A stretch of 64,000 bases of DNA from an uncultured Methylophaga sp. (GTDB lineage Bacteria > Pseudomonadota > Gammaproteobacteria > Nitrosococcales > Methylophagaceae). Where the stretch lies: contig CAYMEE010000001.1 of NCBI GenBank assembly GCA_964389455.1, positions 83,891 to 147,890 of the forward strand, read 5' to 3'. Below, piece after piece: positions 32,760 through 44,722 of this stretch. The notes below the pieces were generated by a model, which saw only the letters and a list, made by a program, of their open reading frames with translations, made no database searches and was not told the DNA's origin. Position numbers and translations under genes: made by a program. Each line of letters starts with the position of its first letter. Positions within the stretch are counted from its first letter, which is position 1.

Positions 32760-33419
32760 ATGATGCAAGACTTGAAAGCCCGATTGGAGCAGGATTTTGC
32801 GGATGAGCTACTTGACGCGGAGCTGGATCGCGATGAACTCACACTGGTGGTTGCCGCTGAACATATAAGCACTGTCTGTCGCCGACTCCGCGATAACTAC
32901 GACTTTGAGCAGTTAATGGATCTCTGCGGTGTTGATTATTCTGACTATGGTGGCAGCAGTTGGGAAACCAAGCAGTCCACGGAGTTTGGTTTCAGTCGTG
33001 CTGTCGATGGTCTGGGACACAGTGAACCGCTTGAAGGCGGTTATCGGTTTGCGGTCGTCTATCAGTTACTGTCTATTCAACACAATCAGCGAATTCGTCT
33101 TAAAGTCCGACTAGAGGATGAAAACCCGGTTATCGCCACCGTCACAAATATCTGGAACAGTGCCGAATGGTACGAGCGCGAAGCCTTTGATATGTTCGGT
33201 ATTCTGTTTGACGGTCATAAGGACCTGCGGCGCATTCTCACAGACTATGGTTTTGTCGGTCATCCTTTCCGTAAGGATTTCCCGCTGATTGGCAATGTTG
33301 AAATGCGCTATGACCCGGAGAAAAAACGCGTAGTCTACGAGCCGGTCAGTATCGAACCACGCACGCTGGTCCCCAAAGTCATCCGCGACGACAACCGCTA
33401 CTGGCAGGAGGAAGGCTGA
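32760..33419 (+). CDS. nuoC: NADH-quinone oxidoreductase subunit C (not fused to NuoD)
   Basis: The ATG at 32760 lies 5 nt after AGGA. A TTG at 32745 is also possible. The [14 protein letters not shown]-like motif ([16 protein letters not shown]) is present. Confidence 0.9.
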   Translation: MMQDLKARLEQDFADELLDAELDRDELTLVVAAEHISTVCRRLRDNYDFEQLMDLCGVDYSDYGGSSWETKQSTEFGFSRAVDGLGHSEPLEGGYRFAVVYQLLSIQHNQRIRLKVRLEDENPVIATVTNIWNSAEWYEREAFDMFGILFDGHKDLRRILTDYGFVGHPFRKDFPLIGNVEMRYDPEKKRVVYEPVSIEPRTLVPKVIRDDNRYWQEEG

Positions 33420-33420
33420 C

Positions 33421-34674
33421 GTGGCCGAGATTAAGAATTACACGCTCAACTTCGGCCCCCAGCATCCGGCTGCACACGGCGTATTACGGCTGATTCTGGA
33501 AATGGACGGTGAGGTGATTGAACATGCCGATCCGCATATCGGTCTGCTGCATCGCGGCACCGAGAAACTGGCAGAATCCAAGCCCTTCAACCAGAGCATC
33601 GGCTACATGGACCGTCTCGACTATGTGTCGATGATGTGTAACGAGCATGCCTATGTCATGGCGATAGAAAAATTACTGGGGCTGGAGATTCCGGTGCGGG
33701 CCCAGTATATCCGCGTGATGTTCGATGAGATTACCCGCATTCTGAACCACCTGATGTGGCTCGGCGCCCATGGTCTTGATATTGGGGCGATGACGGTTTT
33801 CCTCTACTGCTTCCGCGAGCGGGAAGATCTGATGGATGTGTATGAGGCCGTTTCCGGTGCCCGCATGCATGCCACCTATTATCGTCCGGGCGGTGTTTAC
33901 CGGGATCTGCCGGATCGCATGCCGCAGTACCAGGCTTCCAAGTGGCATAGCGAGAAAGAGGTCAAACACAAAAATCGTAACCGCGAAGGCAGCCTGCTGG
34001 ATTTTATCGAGGATTTCACGCAGCGCTTTCCAAAATGTGTCGACGAGTATGAAACGCTGCTGACCGATAACCGCATCTGGAAACAGCGCACTGTCGGTAT
34101 TGGTGTGGTCAGTCCGGAGCGTGCGCTTCAGTTGGGCTTCAGTGGCCCGATGCTGCGTGGCAGCGGGATCGAATGGGATCTGCGTCGCAAGCAGCCTTAT
34201 GCGGTATACGACCAGCTGGATTTTGATATCCCGGTGGGCAGCGAGGGTGACTGCTATGACCGCTATCTGGTCCGGATCGAAGAAATGCGCCAGTCCAACC
34301 GCATCATCAAACAATGTATTGACTGGCTGCGTGCCAACCCGGGCCCCGTGCAGGCAGCCAACAGCAAGGTGGTGCCGCCCAAACGCGATGTGATGAAAAA
34401 CGATATGGAAGCGATGATTCATCACTTTAAATTATTTACCGAAGGCTACTGCGTGCCGGAAGGTGAGGTTTATGCCACGGTTGAGCACCCGAAAGGTGAG
34501 TTCGGCATTTATCTGGTTTCAGACGGCGCCAACAAACCCTACCGGGTCAAAATCCGTGCCCCCGGTTTTCCGCATCTGGCGGCGATGAACGAAATGGCCA
34601 AAGGTCATATGCTGGCGGATGTGGTCGCCATCATCGGCACCATGGATATTGTATTTGGTGAGATTGATCGATGA
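33421..34674 (+). CDS. nuoD: NADH-quinone oxidoreductase subunit D
   Basis: 417 aa with a GTG start. The run [15 protein letters not shown] and the C-terminal DIVFGEIDR are present. Confidence 0.96.
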   Translation: MAEIKNYTLNFGPQHPAAHGVLRLILEMDGEVIEHADPHIGLLHRGTEKLAESKPFNQSIGYMDRLDYVSMMCNEHAYVMAIEKLLGLEIPVRAQYIRVMFDEITRILNHLMWLGAHGLDIGAMTVFLYCFREREDLMDVYEAVSGARMHATYYRPGGVYRDLPDRMPQYQASKWHSEKEVKHKNRNREGSLLDFIEDFTQRFPKCVDEYETLLTDNRIWKQRTVGIGVVSPERALQLGFSGPMLRGSGIEWDLRRKQPYAVYDQLDFDIPVGSEGDCYDRYLVRIEEMRQSNRIIKQCIDWLRANPGPVQAANSKVVPPKRDVMKNDMEAMIHHFKLFTEGYCVPEGEVYATVEHPKGEFGIYLVSDGANKPYRVKIRAPGFPHLAAMNEMAKGHMLADVVAIIGTMDIVFGEIDR

Positions 34675-35183
34675 CACAGATGTTACTGACCGGCCCCAAA
34701 GAGGAATTATTCAGCGACCGCCTGCGTGAGCAGATGGATAAGTGGATTGCCAAGTATCCGGAAGGTCAGGCGCAGTCTGCCGTTATTCCCTGTCTGCATA
34801 TTCTGCAGGATGCCAATGACGGCTGGCTTAGCCGTGGCATCATGGATGCGCTGGCGGATTATCTCGATATCCCGGCCATTAGCGTGTATGAAGTGGCGAC
34901 CTTCTACACCATGTTTGAACTGGAACCGATCGGTAAACACAAAATCAGTGTCTGCACCAATATTTCCTGCCTGCTGTGTGGTTCGGAAAAAATCATGGAC
35001 CACCTGCAGAACAAGCTCAATATTAAACCCGGTGAAACCACTGAAGATGGCCTGTTTACGCTGAAAGAGGTGGAATGTCTCGGGGCTTGCGTTGGAGCCC
35101 CCATGATGCTGCTGGACCGGGATTATCACGAATACCTGACGCCGGAAAAAATCGACGACATTCTGGACGGACTGGCCTCATGA
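34671..35183 (+). CDS. nuoE: NADH-quinone oxidoreductase subunit E
   Basis: 170 aa with 2Fe-2S cysteines ([10 protein letters not shown] ... ECLGAC). Confidence 0.93.
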   Translation: MTQMLLTGPKEELFSDRLREQMDKWIAKYPEGQAQSAVIPCLHILQDANDGWLSRGIMDALADYLDIPAISVYEVATFYTMFELEPIGKHKISVCTNISCLLCGSEKIMDHLQNKLNIKPGETTEDGLFTLKEVECLGACVGAPMMLLDRDYHEYLTPEKIDDILDGLAS

Positions 35184-36457
35184 AACTGGATCAAGTTTGT
35201 TTCCGCACCTCGCATCTGACGCCTTCCTGGACGCTGGAGGCTTATCGCTCTGTCGGTGGCTACCAGGTGCTGGAAAGTGTGCTCAAAAATCAGATGCGGC
35301 CGGAAGAGATTATCGAACAGGTTAAAAACTCGGCCCTGCGCGGACGTGGCGGTGCGGGCTTCCCGACCGGGCTCAAATGGAGCTTTATGCCGCGGCGATT
35401 GCCCGGCGATAAATACATTGTCTGTAACTCTGATGAGGGCGAACCGGGCACCTGCAAGGATCGCGATATTTTGCGATACAACCCGCATCAGCTTATCGAG
35501 GGCATGATTATCTCCGGTTATGCGATTGGTGCTCAGACTGGTTATAACTATATCCGAGGTGAATTCTACGAGCCCATCGAGCGCTTTGAAGCCGCACTCG
35601 AAGAAGCAAGGGAAGCCGGCTACCTGGGCCGGGATATTCTGGGTAGCGGTTTTCATTTTGAACTGCATACCCATATCGGCGCCGGGGCTTATATCTGCGG
35701 TGAAGAAACCGCCTTGCTGGAGTCGCTGGAAGGCAAAAAGGGTCAGCCGCGTTACAAGCCACCGTTTCCGGCAGGTTACGGGCTTTATGGCAAACCCACG
35801 ACCATCAACAACACCGAGAGTCTGGCGTCGATTCCGGTGATTCTGCAATACGGCGCCGACTGGTTCCATGAGCTGGGCACGCCCAATAACGGCGGCAGCA
35901 AGATTTTCTGCATGACCGGGCATGTGAATAAACCCGGTAATTACGAAGTGCCCTTGGGTACGCCCTTCGCTGACTTACTGGAACTGGCTGGTGGGATGCG
36001 CAATGGCAACAAAATCAAGGCCGTGATTCCCGGTGGCAGTTCCACGCCAGTAGTGCCGGGTGAACGCATGATGGAACTGGATATGAGTTATGACGGCATC
36101 GGCAAGGGCGGTTCGATGCTGGGCGCGGGCTCGGTCATTGTGATGGACGAAACCACCTGCATGGTCAAAGCGCTGCAGCGCATTGCCTATTTCTATTACG
36201 AAGAATCCTGCGGCCAGTGCACGCCCTGTCGCGAGGGAACTGGCTGGCTCTATCGCGTCATTAAGCGAATCGAGGAAGGCCAGGGCCGGCAGGAAGATCT
36301 GGACAAGCTGGTGGATATGGCCGAAAACATCAACGGTAATACCATTTGTGCGCTGGGCGATGCCGCGGCGGCGCCGGTGATAAGCTTTATCAAACACTTC
36401 CGTGATGAATTCCAGTATCACATCGATCATGGACGTTGCATGGATAACACGGCTTAG
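35180..36457 (+). CDS. nuoF: NADH-quinone oxidoreductase subunit F
   Basis: The start is trimmed to the ATG at 35180, which overlaps the nuoE stop (ATGA). Motifs are [10 protein letters not shown] and [12 protein letters not shown]. The track ORF starting at 35075 is an artefactual extension. Confidence 0.95.
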   Translation: MKLDQVCFRTSHLTPSWTLEAYRSVGGYQVLESVLKNQMRPEEIIEQVKNSALRGRGGAGFPTGLKWSFMPRRLPGDKYIVCNSDEGEPGTCKDRDILRYNPHQLIEGMIISGYAIGAQTGYNYIRGEFYEPIERFEAALEEAREAGYLGRDILGSGFHFELHTHIGAGAYICGEETALLESLEGKKGQPRYKPPFPAGYGLYGKPTTINNTESLASIPVILQYGADWFHELGTPNNGGSKIFCMTGHVNKPGNYEVPLGTPFADLLELAGGMRNGNKIKAVIPGGSSTPVVPGERMMELDMSYDGIGKGGSMLGAGSVIVMDETTCMVKALQRIAYFYYEESCGQCTPCREGTGWLYRVIKRIEEGQGRQEDLDKLVDMAENINGNTICALGDAAAAPVISFIKHFRDEFQYHIDHGRCMDNTA

Positions 36458-36461
36458 ACTT

Positions 36462-38798
36462 ATGGTTAATATCGAAATTGACGGCATTCCACTCAAAGTG
36501 GACCCCACCAAAATGATTATCCAGGCCGCGGATGAGGCTGGGATCGATATTCCGCGTTTCTGTTATCACAAGAAACTGTCGATCGCTGCCAACTGCCGCA
36601 TGTGTCTGGTCGAGGTGGACAAAGCGCGTAAACCGCTGCCGGCCTGTTCCACCCCGGTGTCGGATGGCATGAAGGTCTTCACGGACTCCAAGATTGCCGT
36701 TAATGCCCAGCGCAGTGTGATGGAGTTTTTGCTGATTAACCACCCGCTTGATTGTCCTATTTGCGATCAGGGCGGTGAATGCGAACTTCAGGATCTATCG
36801 ATGGGCTACGGTGAAGGTATCAGCCGTTTCACCGAGCGTAAGCGGGCGGTGAAAGACAAAGACATCGGGCCGTTGATTCAGACCGATATGACCCGCTGTA
36901 TTCACTGCACCCGCTGTGTGCGTTTCGGCCAGGAAATTGCCGGAATCAAGGAGCTGGGTGCCACCGGTCGCGGCGAGCATATGGAAATCGGTACCTATGT
37001 CGAGCACAGCCTGGTGTCGGAACTGTCTGGCAATATCATTGATCTGTGTCCGGTCGGCGCCCTCACCTCCAAACCTTTCCGTTACAAAGCGCGAGCCTGG
37101 GAAATGCAGGCAAGGCCGTCAATCGCACCGCATGATGCGGTGGGCTCCAATATCGAGCTGCATATCCGCAAGAACGATGTGATGCGGGTGGTGCCGCGTG
37201 ACAATGAAGACGTCAATGAATCCTGGCTGTCGGACCGCGATCGATTCAGTTATCTGGGCATGAACAGTGAAGCCCGGCTCAGCGAGCCGATGATTAAAGT
37301 GGATAATCAGTGGCAGGTGGTCGACTGGCAGACGGCGCTGGAAAAAACGGTGGAGGGTCTAAAAGGCGTCATTAACAAATTCGGTGCGGAAGAAGTCGCC
37401 GGTCTGATTTCGCCTACCGCCACACTCGAAGAAGCCTACCTGTTCCAGAAATGGTTACGCGGGCTGGGCAGCGATAATATTGATCATCGCCTGCGGCAGC
37501 AGGATTTTGCCGACAGTGGCATGGATATCACGCTGAAGGACTGGCAACTGGCTGATATTGACGACAGTGATGCGATTGTACTGCTGGGCACCAATATCCG
37601 CAGCGAGCAGCCTATTATTGCTCACCGCATCCGCCAGGCCTCATTGGCTGGCGCTACGGTCAGCAGTATCAACCTGTTTAAACGGGATTTACTGATGCCG
37701 GTCGATCGCCAAATCGCCGTCAACAGCAAGCAAATGGTGCAGACCCTCGCTGGTATTGCCAAAGCCCTGCTGGCAGCAGCCAGACAGGAGGCTGATGAGT
37801 GGCTGGATCTATTACCTGACCGCTCACCTTCGCCTTTCGAGCAGAATGTGGCATTGCAGCTCTCCAATGCGATGAATGCCAGCCTGTTTGTCGGCGACCT
37901 GATCAATCACCAGCCACAGGCGAGCACTTTGCGCTCACTGGCGAGACTGGTAGCTGAGCTCAGTGACAGCAGGCTGGTGATTCTGCCGGCGGCCAATAGT
38001 CAGGCTCACCGGCGTGCCGGTACAGTCCCCGTCAATAAAGGACTGAATGCCAGACAAAGCTGGGAGCGGGCCCTGCGGGGTTACGTGCTGATGGGCTTTG
38101 ATCCAATGCTGGATACCGCGCAGCCGACGATTGTGCGTGATGCCCTGCGCAGAGCCAGCTTTGTTGTTTCCATCAGCAGTTTTGATAATGACTGGGTCAG
38201 GCAGTATGCCAACGTGATCCTGCCGATGGCCTGTTTTGCCGAAACCTCCGGCACTTTCATTGGTATCGACGAGCGTCCGCAGCAGTTTGCCGGTGCGGTT
38301 GCCCCTCGCGGTGACAGTCGTCCCGGCTGGAAGATTCTGAGAGTGCTGGGCAATGTCAGCAAGCTTAATGGTTTTGACTATATCTCTTCACAGGATGTGG
38401 TGGATGAAATAGACAGCCCGCTTCGCAATACAGAGAAAAACAGTGAGCACCGATTTATTCCTGAATCACTGGAAATTGAGTCAGACTTGATGCTGATCTC
38501 TGAAGTGCCGATGTATGCCACAGACAGCACGGTGCGTCACAGTGAAGCGCTGCAGCAGACACCGGAAAGCCGGTCTAATGGCTTTGCCCGAATCAATGCA
38601 AAAGAAGCCGAACAACGCGGTCTGGATCCGCAGCATGAAGTGGTAATCAGTCAGGACGACCGTCAGGTCACTGTGCCGCTGGAAATTGACGACGATATCG
38701 CAGACGGCTGTATTTATCTGGCCGCGGCGACGCCCATCAGTGCGCAATTGGGCAGTCTATTCAGCCAGGTTCAGGTAGCTCAGGCGGGAGCACAGTAA
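36462..38798 (+). CDS. nuoG: NADH-quinone oxidoreductase subunit G
   Basis: The start is trimmed to [11 protein letters not shown] (778 aa). It has an N-terminal 2Fe-2S site, 4Fe-4S cysteine clusters ([20 protein letters not shown]), and a molybdopterin-like domain. Confidence 0.95.
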   Translation: MVNIEIDGIPLKVDPTKMIIQAADEAGIDIPRFCYHKKLSIAANCRMCLVEVDKARKPLPACSTPVSDGMKVFTDSKIAVNAQRSVMEFLLINHPLDCPICDQGGECELQDLSMGYGEGISRFTERKRAVKDKDIGPLIQTDMTRCIHCTRCVRFGQEIAGIKELGATGRGEHMEIGTYVEHSLVSELSGNIIDLCPVGALTSKPFRYKARAWEMQARPSIAPHDAVGSNIELHIRKNDVMRVVPRDNEDVNESWLSDRDRFSYLGMNSEARLSEPMIKVDNQWQVVDWQTALEKTVEGLKGVINKFGAEEVAGLISPTATLEEAYLFQKWLRGLGSDNIDHRLRQQDFADSGMDITLKDWQLADIDDSDAIVLLGTNIRSEQPIIAHRIRQASLAGATVSSINLFKRDLLMPVDRQIAVNSKQMVQTLAGIAKALLAAARQEADEWLDLLPDRSPSPFEQNVALQLSNAMNASLFVGDLINHQPQASTLRSLARLVAELSDSRLVILPAANSQAHRRAGTVPVNKGLNARQSWERALRGYVLMGFDPMLDTAQPTIVRDALRRASFVVSISSFDNDWVRQYANVILPMACFAETSGTFIGIDERPQQFAGAVAPRGDSRPGWKILRVLGNVSKLNGFDYISSQDVVDEIDSPLRNTEKNSEHRFIPESLEIESDLMLISEVPMYATDSTVRHSEALQQTPESRSNGFARINAKEAEQRGLDPQHEVVISQDDRQVTVPLEIDDDIADGCIYLAAATPISAQLGSLFSQVQVAQAGAQ

Positions 38799-39853
38799 TG
38801 GATATCCTGCTCGATCACATTCTGCCCACATTGCTCAAAATCATGTTGATTGTGGGGCCGCTGATGCTGGCGGTGGCCTATCTGACCTATGCCGAACGCA
38901 AAGTGATTGGCTATATTCAGACCCGGATCGGGCCTAACCGGGTTGGTCCCTGGGGACTGCTGCAACCGATTGCCGACGGCCTCAAGCTGTTGATGAAAGA
39001 GGTCATCTTTCCGGCGCGCTCCAATCTGTACCTGTTTCTGATTGCCCCGGTGCTTGCCATTGGCCCGGCTCTGGCGGCCTGGGCGGTGATTCCCTTCGAT
39101 GCCGAACTGGTACTGGCCGATATTAACGCCGGTTTGCTGTATGTGCTGGCGATTACCTCAATGAGTGTTTATGGGGTAGTGATTGCCGGCTGGGCTTCGA
39201 ACTCCCGTTATGCCTTCCTCGGTGGCCTGCGCAGTGCAGCCCAGGTAGTGTCCTACGAGATCGCGATGGGCTTTGCCCTGGTGGGGGTGCTGGTGGCGGC
39301 CGGCAGTCTGAATCTGAGTGAAATCGTGCTGGCACAGCAGGGCGGGATTCTGCACTGGTACTGGCTACCGTTGTTGCCGCTGTTTGTGGTTTATTTTGTA
39401 TCCGGCGTTGCCGAAACCAACCGCGCGCCGTTTGATATCGCCGAGGGGGAATCGGAGATCGTGGCCGGTTTCCATGTGGAATATTCGGGTATGGCCTTCG
39501 CCGTTTTCTTCCTGGCCGAATATGCCGACATGATCCTGATTTCTATTCTGGCGGCGACCCTGTTTATGGGCGGCTGGTTATCGCCTTTTGAGGGCATACC
39601 GGTTCTGGAAGGTTTATTTTCCTGGGTGCCGGGCCTGATCTGGTTGCTCGCCAAGACCGCTTTTTTCCTGTTTATTTACCTGTGGCTACGGGCTACGTTC
39701 CCGCGTTATCGTTATGATCAGATTATGCGTCTGGGCTGGAAAGTGTTTATCCCCGTCACCTTGGTGTGGCTGGTGATTATTTCTATCGCTCAGGTAATGG
39801 ATATTGGTCCTTGGTTTACAGAAACAGCAGCATTGGCTGCGGGAGGGGCGTGA
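38798..39853 (+). CDS. nuoH: NADH-quinone oxidoreductase subunit H
   Basis: 351 aa and polytopic. Motifs are [19 protein letters not shown] and AETNRAPFD. Confidence 0.96.
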   Translation: MDILLDHILPTLLKIMLIVGPLMLAVAYLTYAERKVIGYIQTRIGPNRVGPWGLLQPIADGLKLLMKEVIFPARSNLYLFLIAPVLAIGPALAAWAVIPFDAELVLADINAGLLYVLAITSMSVYGVVIAGWASNSRYAFLGGLRSAAQVVSYEIAMGFALVGVLVAAGSLNLSEIVLAQQGGILHWYWLPLLPLFVVYFVSGVAETNRAPFDIAEGESEIVAGFHVEYSGMAFAVFFLAEYADMILISILAATLFMGGWLSPFEGIPVLEGLFSWVPGLIWLLAKTAFFLFIYLWLRATFPRYRYDQIMRLGWKVFIPVTLVWLVIISIAQVMDIGPWFTETAALAAGGA

Positions 39854-40341
39854 TGCGTCAGATACGCCATTTCTTCAAAAGCTTTTTCCTGTGGGAGTTG
39901 ATACAGGGGCTGCGGCTGACCGGCCGTTATCTGTTTGCCCGTAAAGTGACGGTGCAATACCCGGAAGAGAAAACCCCACAATCGCCGCGTTTCCGGGGGC
40001 TGCATGCCTTGCGGCGTTATCCCAACGGTGAGGAGCGCTGCATTGGTTGCAAATTGTGCGAGGCGGTTTGCCCGGCACTGGCAATCACCATTGATACCGA
40101 GCCGCGTGATGATGGGACCCGGCGTACCACTCGTTACGATATTGATTTGTTTAAATGCATTTACTGTGGTTTCTGCGAAGAGTCCTGTCCAGTGGACTCA
40201 ATCGTTGAAACCCGCCAATTCGAGTTTCATTTTGAAGCGCGCGGCGACCACATTATTACCAAGGACAAGTTGCTGGCGGTCGGGGATAAATATGAAAAAC
40301 AAATCGCTGCAGACAGGGAGGCGGATGCACCGTATCGCTAG
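39853..40341 (+). CDS. nuoI: NADH-quinone oxidoreductase subunit I
   Basis: The start is trimmed to the ATG at 39853, which overlaps the nuoH stop. Two CxxCxxCxxxCP ferredoxin motifs are present ([24 protein letters not shown]). Confidence 0.95.
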   Translation: MRQIRHFFKSFFLWELIQGLRLTGRYLFARKVTVQYPEEKTPQSPRFRGLHALRRYPNGEERCIGCKLCEAVCPALAITIDTEPRDDGTRRTTRYDIDLFKCIYCGFCEESCPVDSIVETRQFEFHFEARGDHIITKDKLLAVGDKYEKQIAADREADAPYR

Positions 40342-40938
40342 ATGAATTCGCTGATTTTTTACAGTTTTGCTGCCATTTTAATCTTTGCCGCCGTGATGGT
40401 GATTACCGTTCGTAATCCCGTCAAGGCAGCTTTGTTTCTGGTATTGGCTTTTTTCACCAGTGCCGGTATCTGGCTGATGCTGCATGCTGAGTTTCTGGCG
40501 ATTAGCCTGGTGCTCGTTTATGTCGGCGCAGTACTGGTGTTGTTCCTGTTCGTGGTGATGATGCTGGATATTGATGTCGCACCGCTGAAAGAGGGTTTTG
40601 CCCGTTATTTGCCGCTGGGCATTCTGGTGGCGGCGCTGATTGTGGTAGAGATGATCACGGTACTCAATGCACCGGCCTTTAATATTGCCGCGCCTGAAGT
40701 GGTGGAAGAGAGCAACACCAAGCAACTGGGTCGCTTGCTCTACACCGTTTATGTGTATCCATTCGAGATTGCCTCGGTGATTCTGACGGTGGCGATTGTC
40801 GCCGCGATTACCCTGACTCTGCGCGAGCACAGTCGCAAACTGCAGGATATCGGTAAACAGGTTGCCGTGCGCCGTGAAGACCGTGTGCGTCTGGTTAACC
40901 TGCGCAAAAAACAGGATGAAGGAGACCAAGCCTCATGA
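40342..40938 (+). CDS. nuoJ: NADH-quinone oxidoreductase subunit J
   Basis: 198 aa with five TM helices. Assignment rests on operon position. Confidence 0.9.
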   Translation: MNSLIFYSFAAILIFAAVMVITVRNPVKAALFLVLAFFTSAGIWLMLHAEFLAISLVLVYVGAVLVLFLFVVMMLDIDVAPLKEGFARYLPLGILVAALIVVEMITVLNAPAFNIAAPEVVEESNTKQLGRLLYTVYVYPFEIASVILTVAIVAAITLTLREHSRKLQDIGKQVAVRREDRVRLVNLRKKQDEGDQAS

Positions 40939-41240
40939 TTGTGCTTTCGGACTATCTTATCCTGGCGGCGCTGCTGTTCAGTCTGGCAGTGGCCGGTATT
41001 TTTCTGAACCGAAAAAACATCATCATTCTGTTGATGTGTATTGAACTGATGCTGTTGGCCGTGAACCTCAACTTCATTGCTTTCTCGCATTTCTCCGGGG
41101 ATCCGGCGGGGCAGGTGTTTGTCTTCTTTATTCTGACCGTGGCTGCCGCCGAAGCTGCCATTGGCCTGGCCATTCTGGTGCTGCTGTTTCGTAATCTCAG
41201 CACCATTAATGTGTCTGATCTCGACAGGCTGAAGGGGTAG
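40935..41240 (+). CDS. nuoK: NADH-quinone oxidoreductase subunit K
   Basis: 101 aa with three TM helices. The [15 protein letters not shown] motif is present. Confidence 0.93.
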   Translation: MIVLSDYLILAALLFSLAVAGIFLNRKNIIILLMCIELMLLAVNLNFIAFSHFSGDPAGQVFVFFILTVAAAEAAIGLAILVLLFRNLSTINVSDLDRLKG

Positions 41241-41243
41241 TTG

Positions 41244-43184
41244 ATGAAAAGTTTGCTGCTCGCCATCGTTCTTGCCCCGTTGATTGGCAGCATTATTGCC
41301 GGTTTTTTCGGTAATCGAATCGGCCGTGACTGGTCGCACCGTGTCACCATTGCCGGGGTTGGCATCGCCTTCCTGCTGTCTTTGTGGGTGTTCAAGCTGG
41401 TGGTGGCCGATGGCGTTTATTTCAATGACAGTGTCTATCAATGGTTGCAGGCCGGGTCACTGACACTGGAAATCGGCTTTATGGTCGATTCCCTGACTGC
41501 CGTGATGATGGCGGTAGTGACCTTCGTGTCGCTGATGGTACATATCTACACCATCGGTTACATGCACGATGATGACGGTTACTGCCGTTTCTTCAGTTAT
41601 ATCTCGCTGTTTACCTTCGCCATGCTGATGCTGGTGATGGCCAACAACTTCATGCAGCTTTTCTTCGGCTGGGAAGCTGTGGGGCTGGTGTCTTACCTGT
41701 TGATTGGCTTCTGGTACAAAAAGCCGACCGCGATCTATGCCAACCTCAAGGCCTTTCTGGTCAACCGTGTCGGTGACTTCGGCTTCCTGCTCGGTATCGC
41801 GGCGGTGCTGATGTATGCCGGTAGTCTGGATTATGTTCAGGTATTCACCCAGGCCCCGACCATGGCCGAAAAATCGATAGCCCTGTTTGGTGATGCCCAG
41901 TGGTCGGTGATTACCGTGACCTGCATCCTGCTGTTTATCGGTGCGATGGGTAAATCGGCCCAGGTACCTTTACATGTCTGGCTGCCTGATTCAATGGAAG
42001 GCCCGACGCCAATATCCGCGCTTATCCATGCCGCGACGATGGTCACTGCGGGGATCTTTATGGTGGCGCGTATGTCACCGCTGTTTGAGCTGTCTGAAAC
42101 CGCGTTGTCTTTCATTCTGATAATCGGTGCCGTCACCGCCTTGTTTATGGGCCTGCTGGGCCTGGTGCAGCATGACATCAAACGCGTGATTGCCTATTCC
42201 ACGTTGTCACAGCTTGGCTATATGACTGTGGCGCTGGGCGCCTCGGCTTATGCCGCCGGAATCTTCCATCTGCTAACCCATGCTTTTTTCAAGGCCCTGT
42301 TATTTCTGGCGGCAGGCTCGGTCATTATCGCCCTGCATCATCAACAGGACATTCGGCATATGGGTGGCCTGAAAAAGTATATGCCAATTACTTACTGGAC
42401 CAGCCTGATTGGTTCACTGGCTTTAATCGGATTTCCCGGCCTGGCTGGATTTTTTTCCAAGGATGCCATTATCGAAGCCGTGCATGCTTCTGAAATCGCC
42501 GGCAGTGATTTTGCCTACTTTGCCGTACTGGTCGGGGTGTTTGTCACCGCGCTCTACAGTTTCCGGCTGTTTTTCCTGGTGTTCCATGGCAAAGAACGTT
42601 TTGACAGCCATGGCCATGCGCCGCATGAATCACCCAAGGTGGTCACCGTGCCACTGATTCTGCTGGCGATACCGTCGGTGCTGGCCGGTTATTTTATTGG
42701 TGATGTGGTGTTCGGCCGTTTCTTTGGCAATGCCATTTTTGTCGCCGGGCCGCATCATGTGCTGGGTGAACTGGGCAGCCATTATCACGGTGTCTGGGCA
42801 TTTATGCTGCATGGCCTGCAGGCGCTGCCATTCTGGCTGGCACTGGCCGGCGTTGCGATGGCCTGGTATTTGTATCTGCACCGGCCAGAAATACCGGGCA
42901 TGCTTAAGGACAAATTGCATGGCCTACACCGCTTGCTTGAAAATAAATATGGTTTTGACGATTTCAATGACAAAGTCTTCGCCGGAGGTTCACGCGGACT
43001 CGGCGGACTGTTGTGGCGGGTCGGTGACCGTTTCCTGATAGATGGTGCGATTGTAAATGGCTCTGCCAAGTCGGTTTACTGGCTGGCCAGGTTTGTGCGC
43101 CATGTGCAGTCGGGTTATCTGTATCACTATGCATTTGCAATGATTGTGGGGGTATGGCTGCTGCTGACCCTGTTTGTGGGTTAA
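41244..43184 (+). CDS. nuoL: NADH-quinone oxidoreductase subunit L
   Basis: About 646 aa and antiporter-like. The ATG at 41244 follows GAAGGGG. The TTG at 41241 is the longest start. Confidence 0.95.
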   Translation: MKSLLLAIVLAPLIGSIIAGFFGNRIGRDWSHRVTIAGVGIAFLLSLWVFKLVVADGVYFNDSVYQWLQAGSLTLEIGFMVDSLTAVMMAVVTFVSLMVHIYTIGYMHDDDGYCRFFSYISLFTFAMLMLVMANNFMQLFFGWEAVGLVSYLLIGFWYKKPTAIYANLKAFLVNRVGDFGFLLGIAAVLMYAGSLDYVQVFTQAPTMAEKSIALFGDAQWSVITVTCILLFIGAMGKSAQVPLHVWLPDSMEGPTPISALIHAATMVTAGIFMVARMSPLFELSETALSFILIIGAVTALFMGLLGLVQHDIKRVIAYSTLSQLGYMTVALGASAYAAGIFHLLTHAFFKALLFLAAGSVIIALHHQQDIRHMGGLKKYMPITYWTSLIGSLALIGFPGLAGFFSKDAIIEAVHASEIAGSDFAYFAVLVGVFVTALYSFRLFFLVFHGKERFDSHGHAPHESPKVVTVPLILLAIPSVLAGYFIGDVVFGRFFGNAIFVAGPHHVLGELGSHYHGVWAFMLHGLQALPFWLALAGVAMAWYLYLHRPEIPGMLKDKLHGLHRLLENKYGFDDFNDKVFAGGSRGLGGLLWRVGDRFLIDGAIVNGSAKSVYWLARFVRHVQSGYLYHYAFAMIVGVWLLLTLFVG

Positions 43185-43193
43185 GGGACTGAC

Positions 43194-44705
43194 ATGTTTG
43201 CAGAGTTACCTTTACTGAGTGTACTAATCTGGCTGCCGATTCTGGGCGGCATTATCGCGATTATGCTGGGCGACCAGCGGAATCTGCTGAAACCGTTCGC
43301 GCTGGGCATCGCCACCGTCACCATGTTGTTGTCATTCGGCCTCTACACCGGCTTTGACAGCAACACACATCAGATGCAGTTTGTCGAAAAGCTGCCGTGG
43401 ATAGAGACTTTCAATGTTTTCTATCACCTTGGTGTTGATGGTTTTTCGATGCCGCTCATTATTCTGACCACGATTTCCACCTTGCTGGTGGTGGTCGCTG
43501 CCTGGGAAGTGATTCAGTACCGGCCCAGTCAGTACCTGGCCGCTTTTCTAATCATGGAAGGCCTGATGATCGCCGTGTTCTCAGCGTTGGATGCGGTGCT
43601 GTTTTATGTGTTTTTTGAAGCTATGCTGATACCGCTGTTTCTGGTGATTGGCATTTGGGGTGGTCCGAACCGGGTTTATGCGACGCTGAAGTTCTTTCTC
43701 TACACCTTCTTCGGATCGGTGTTTCTGCTGGTGGCGCTGCTGTATCTGCGCCATGTCAGTGACAGTTTTGCCATTCTCGATTTCCATGATGTTGCGCTGA
43801 GTCTGGATGAGCAGATCTGGCTGCTGTTGGCGTTCCTGATTGCCTTTGCGGTCAAGGTGCCGATGTGGCCGGTGCATACCTGGCTGCCGGATGCCCACGT
43901 GGAGGCACCGACTGGTGGTTCGGTGATACTGGCGGCGATTACGCTTAAAATCGGCGGTTATGGTTTCCTGCGTTTTGCCTTGCCGATCGCGCCGGATGCC
44001 AGCCTGGCACTGGACTGGCTCATTATCACCCTGTCTCTGATCGCGGTGGTGTATATCGGTTTTGTCGCGCTGGCACAGACCGATCTGAAAAAGCTGATTG
44101 CCTACTCCAGTATTGCCCATATGGGTTTTGTGACCCTGGGTCTGTTTATCGTGTTTGATATATTTGCCAATGCGTCAACGGGGAGTGGGGCGGTACTGGC
44201 GATTGAAGGCGCGATGGTGCAGATGATTTCACACGGTTTTATCTCAGCAGCGATGTTCCTTGCGGTTGGCGTCTTGTATGACCGTATGCATACGCGGGAA
44301 ATCAATGCCTATGGTGGGGTGGTCAACACCATGCCTAAATTTGCAGCGTTTGCCGTGTTTTTTGCCATGGCCAATGCCGGTCTGCCGGGTACCTCCGGTT
44401 TTGTCGGCGAATTTATGGTGATTCTGGCAGCTTTCCAGGCCAACTTCTGGTTTGCTTTTCTGGCTGCGACGACCCTGATTCTGGGCGCGGCTTATACCTT
44501 GTGGATGGTCAAACGGGTGTTTTTCGGTGAGGTTGCCAATGATGAAGTGAAGGCACTGTCCGATATCAACCGCCGTGAATTCTGGATGCTGGCATCACTG
44601 GCGGTAATTGTGCTGCTGATCGGTGTCTGGCCGGATCCGTTACTGGGCGTGATGCATGCATCGGTCGAGCATTTACTGACCCAAGTGTCGCAATCCAAGC
44701 TGTAG
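43194..44705 (+). CDS. nuoM: NADH-quinone oxidoreductase subunit M
   Basis: 503 aa, antiporter-like subunit ([11 protein letters not shown]). Confidence 0.95.
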   Translation: MFAELPLLSVLIWLPILGGIIAIMLGDQRNLLKPFALGIATVTMLLSFGLYTGFDSNTHQMQFVEKLPWIETFNVFYHLGVDGFSMPLIILTTISTLLVVVAAWEVIQYRPSQYLAAFLIMEGLMIAVFSALDAVLFYVFFEAMLIPLFLVIGIWGGPNRVYATLKFFLYTFFGSVFLLVALLYLRHVSDSFAILDFHDVALSLDEQIWLLLAFLIAFAVKVPMWPVHTWLPDAHVEAPTGGSVILAAITLKIGGYGFLRFALPIAPDASLALDWLIITLSLIAVVYIGFVALAQTDLKKLIAYSSIAHMGFVTLGLFIVFDIFANASTGSGAVLAIEGAMVQMISHGFISAAMFLAVGVLYDRMHTREINAYGGVVNTMPKFAAFAVFFAMANAGLPGTSGFVGEFMVILAAFQANFWFAFLAATTLILGAAYTLWMVKRVFFGEVANDEVKALSDINRREFWMLASLAVIVLLIGVWPDPLLGVMHASVEHLLTQVSQSKL

Positions 44706-44722
44706 AGAGAGGATCAGACTTC

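Noticed and set aside
33673-34425. 250-aa minus-strand ORF inside nuoD. There are similar ones in nuoF (35126-35923), nuoJ/K (40378-41441) and nuoM (43581-44120).
   Set aside because: These are antisense to conserved complex I subunits. They are low-complexity, His/Arg/Gln-rich translations.
35075-35179. N-terminal extensions suggested by the longest-ORF track. They affect nuoF (35075), nuoG (36402), nuoI (39766), nuoA (31865), hemB (15396), ygfB (12423), the lipoprotein gene (6396), the Pmp3 gene (60981) and the DUF502 gene (7933).
   Set aside because: The extensions overlap upstream genes and translate to implausible sequence. Internal ATGs give family-typical N-termini, with Shine-Dalgarno sequences or stop-start overlaps.
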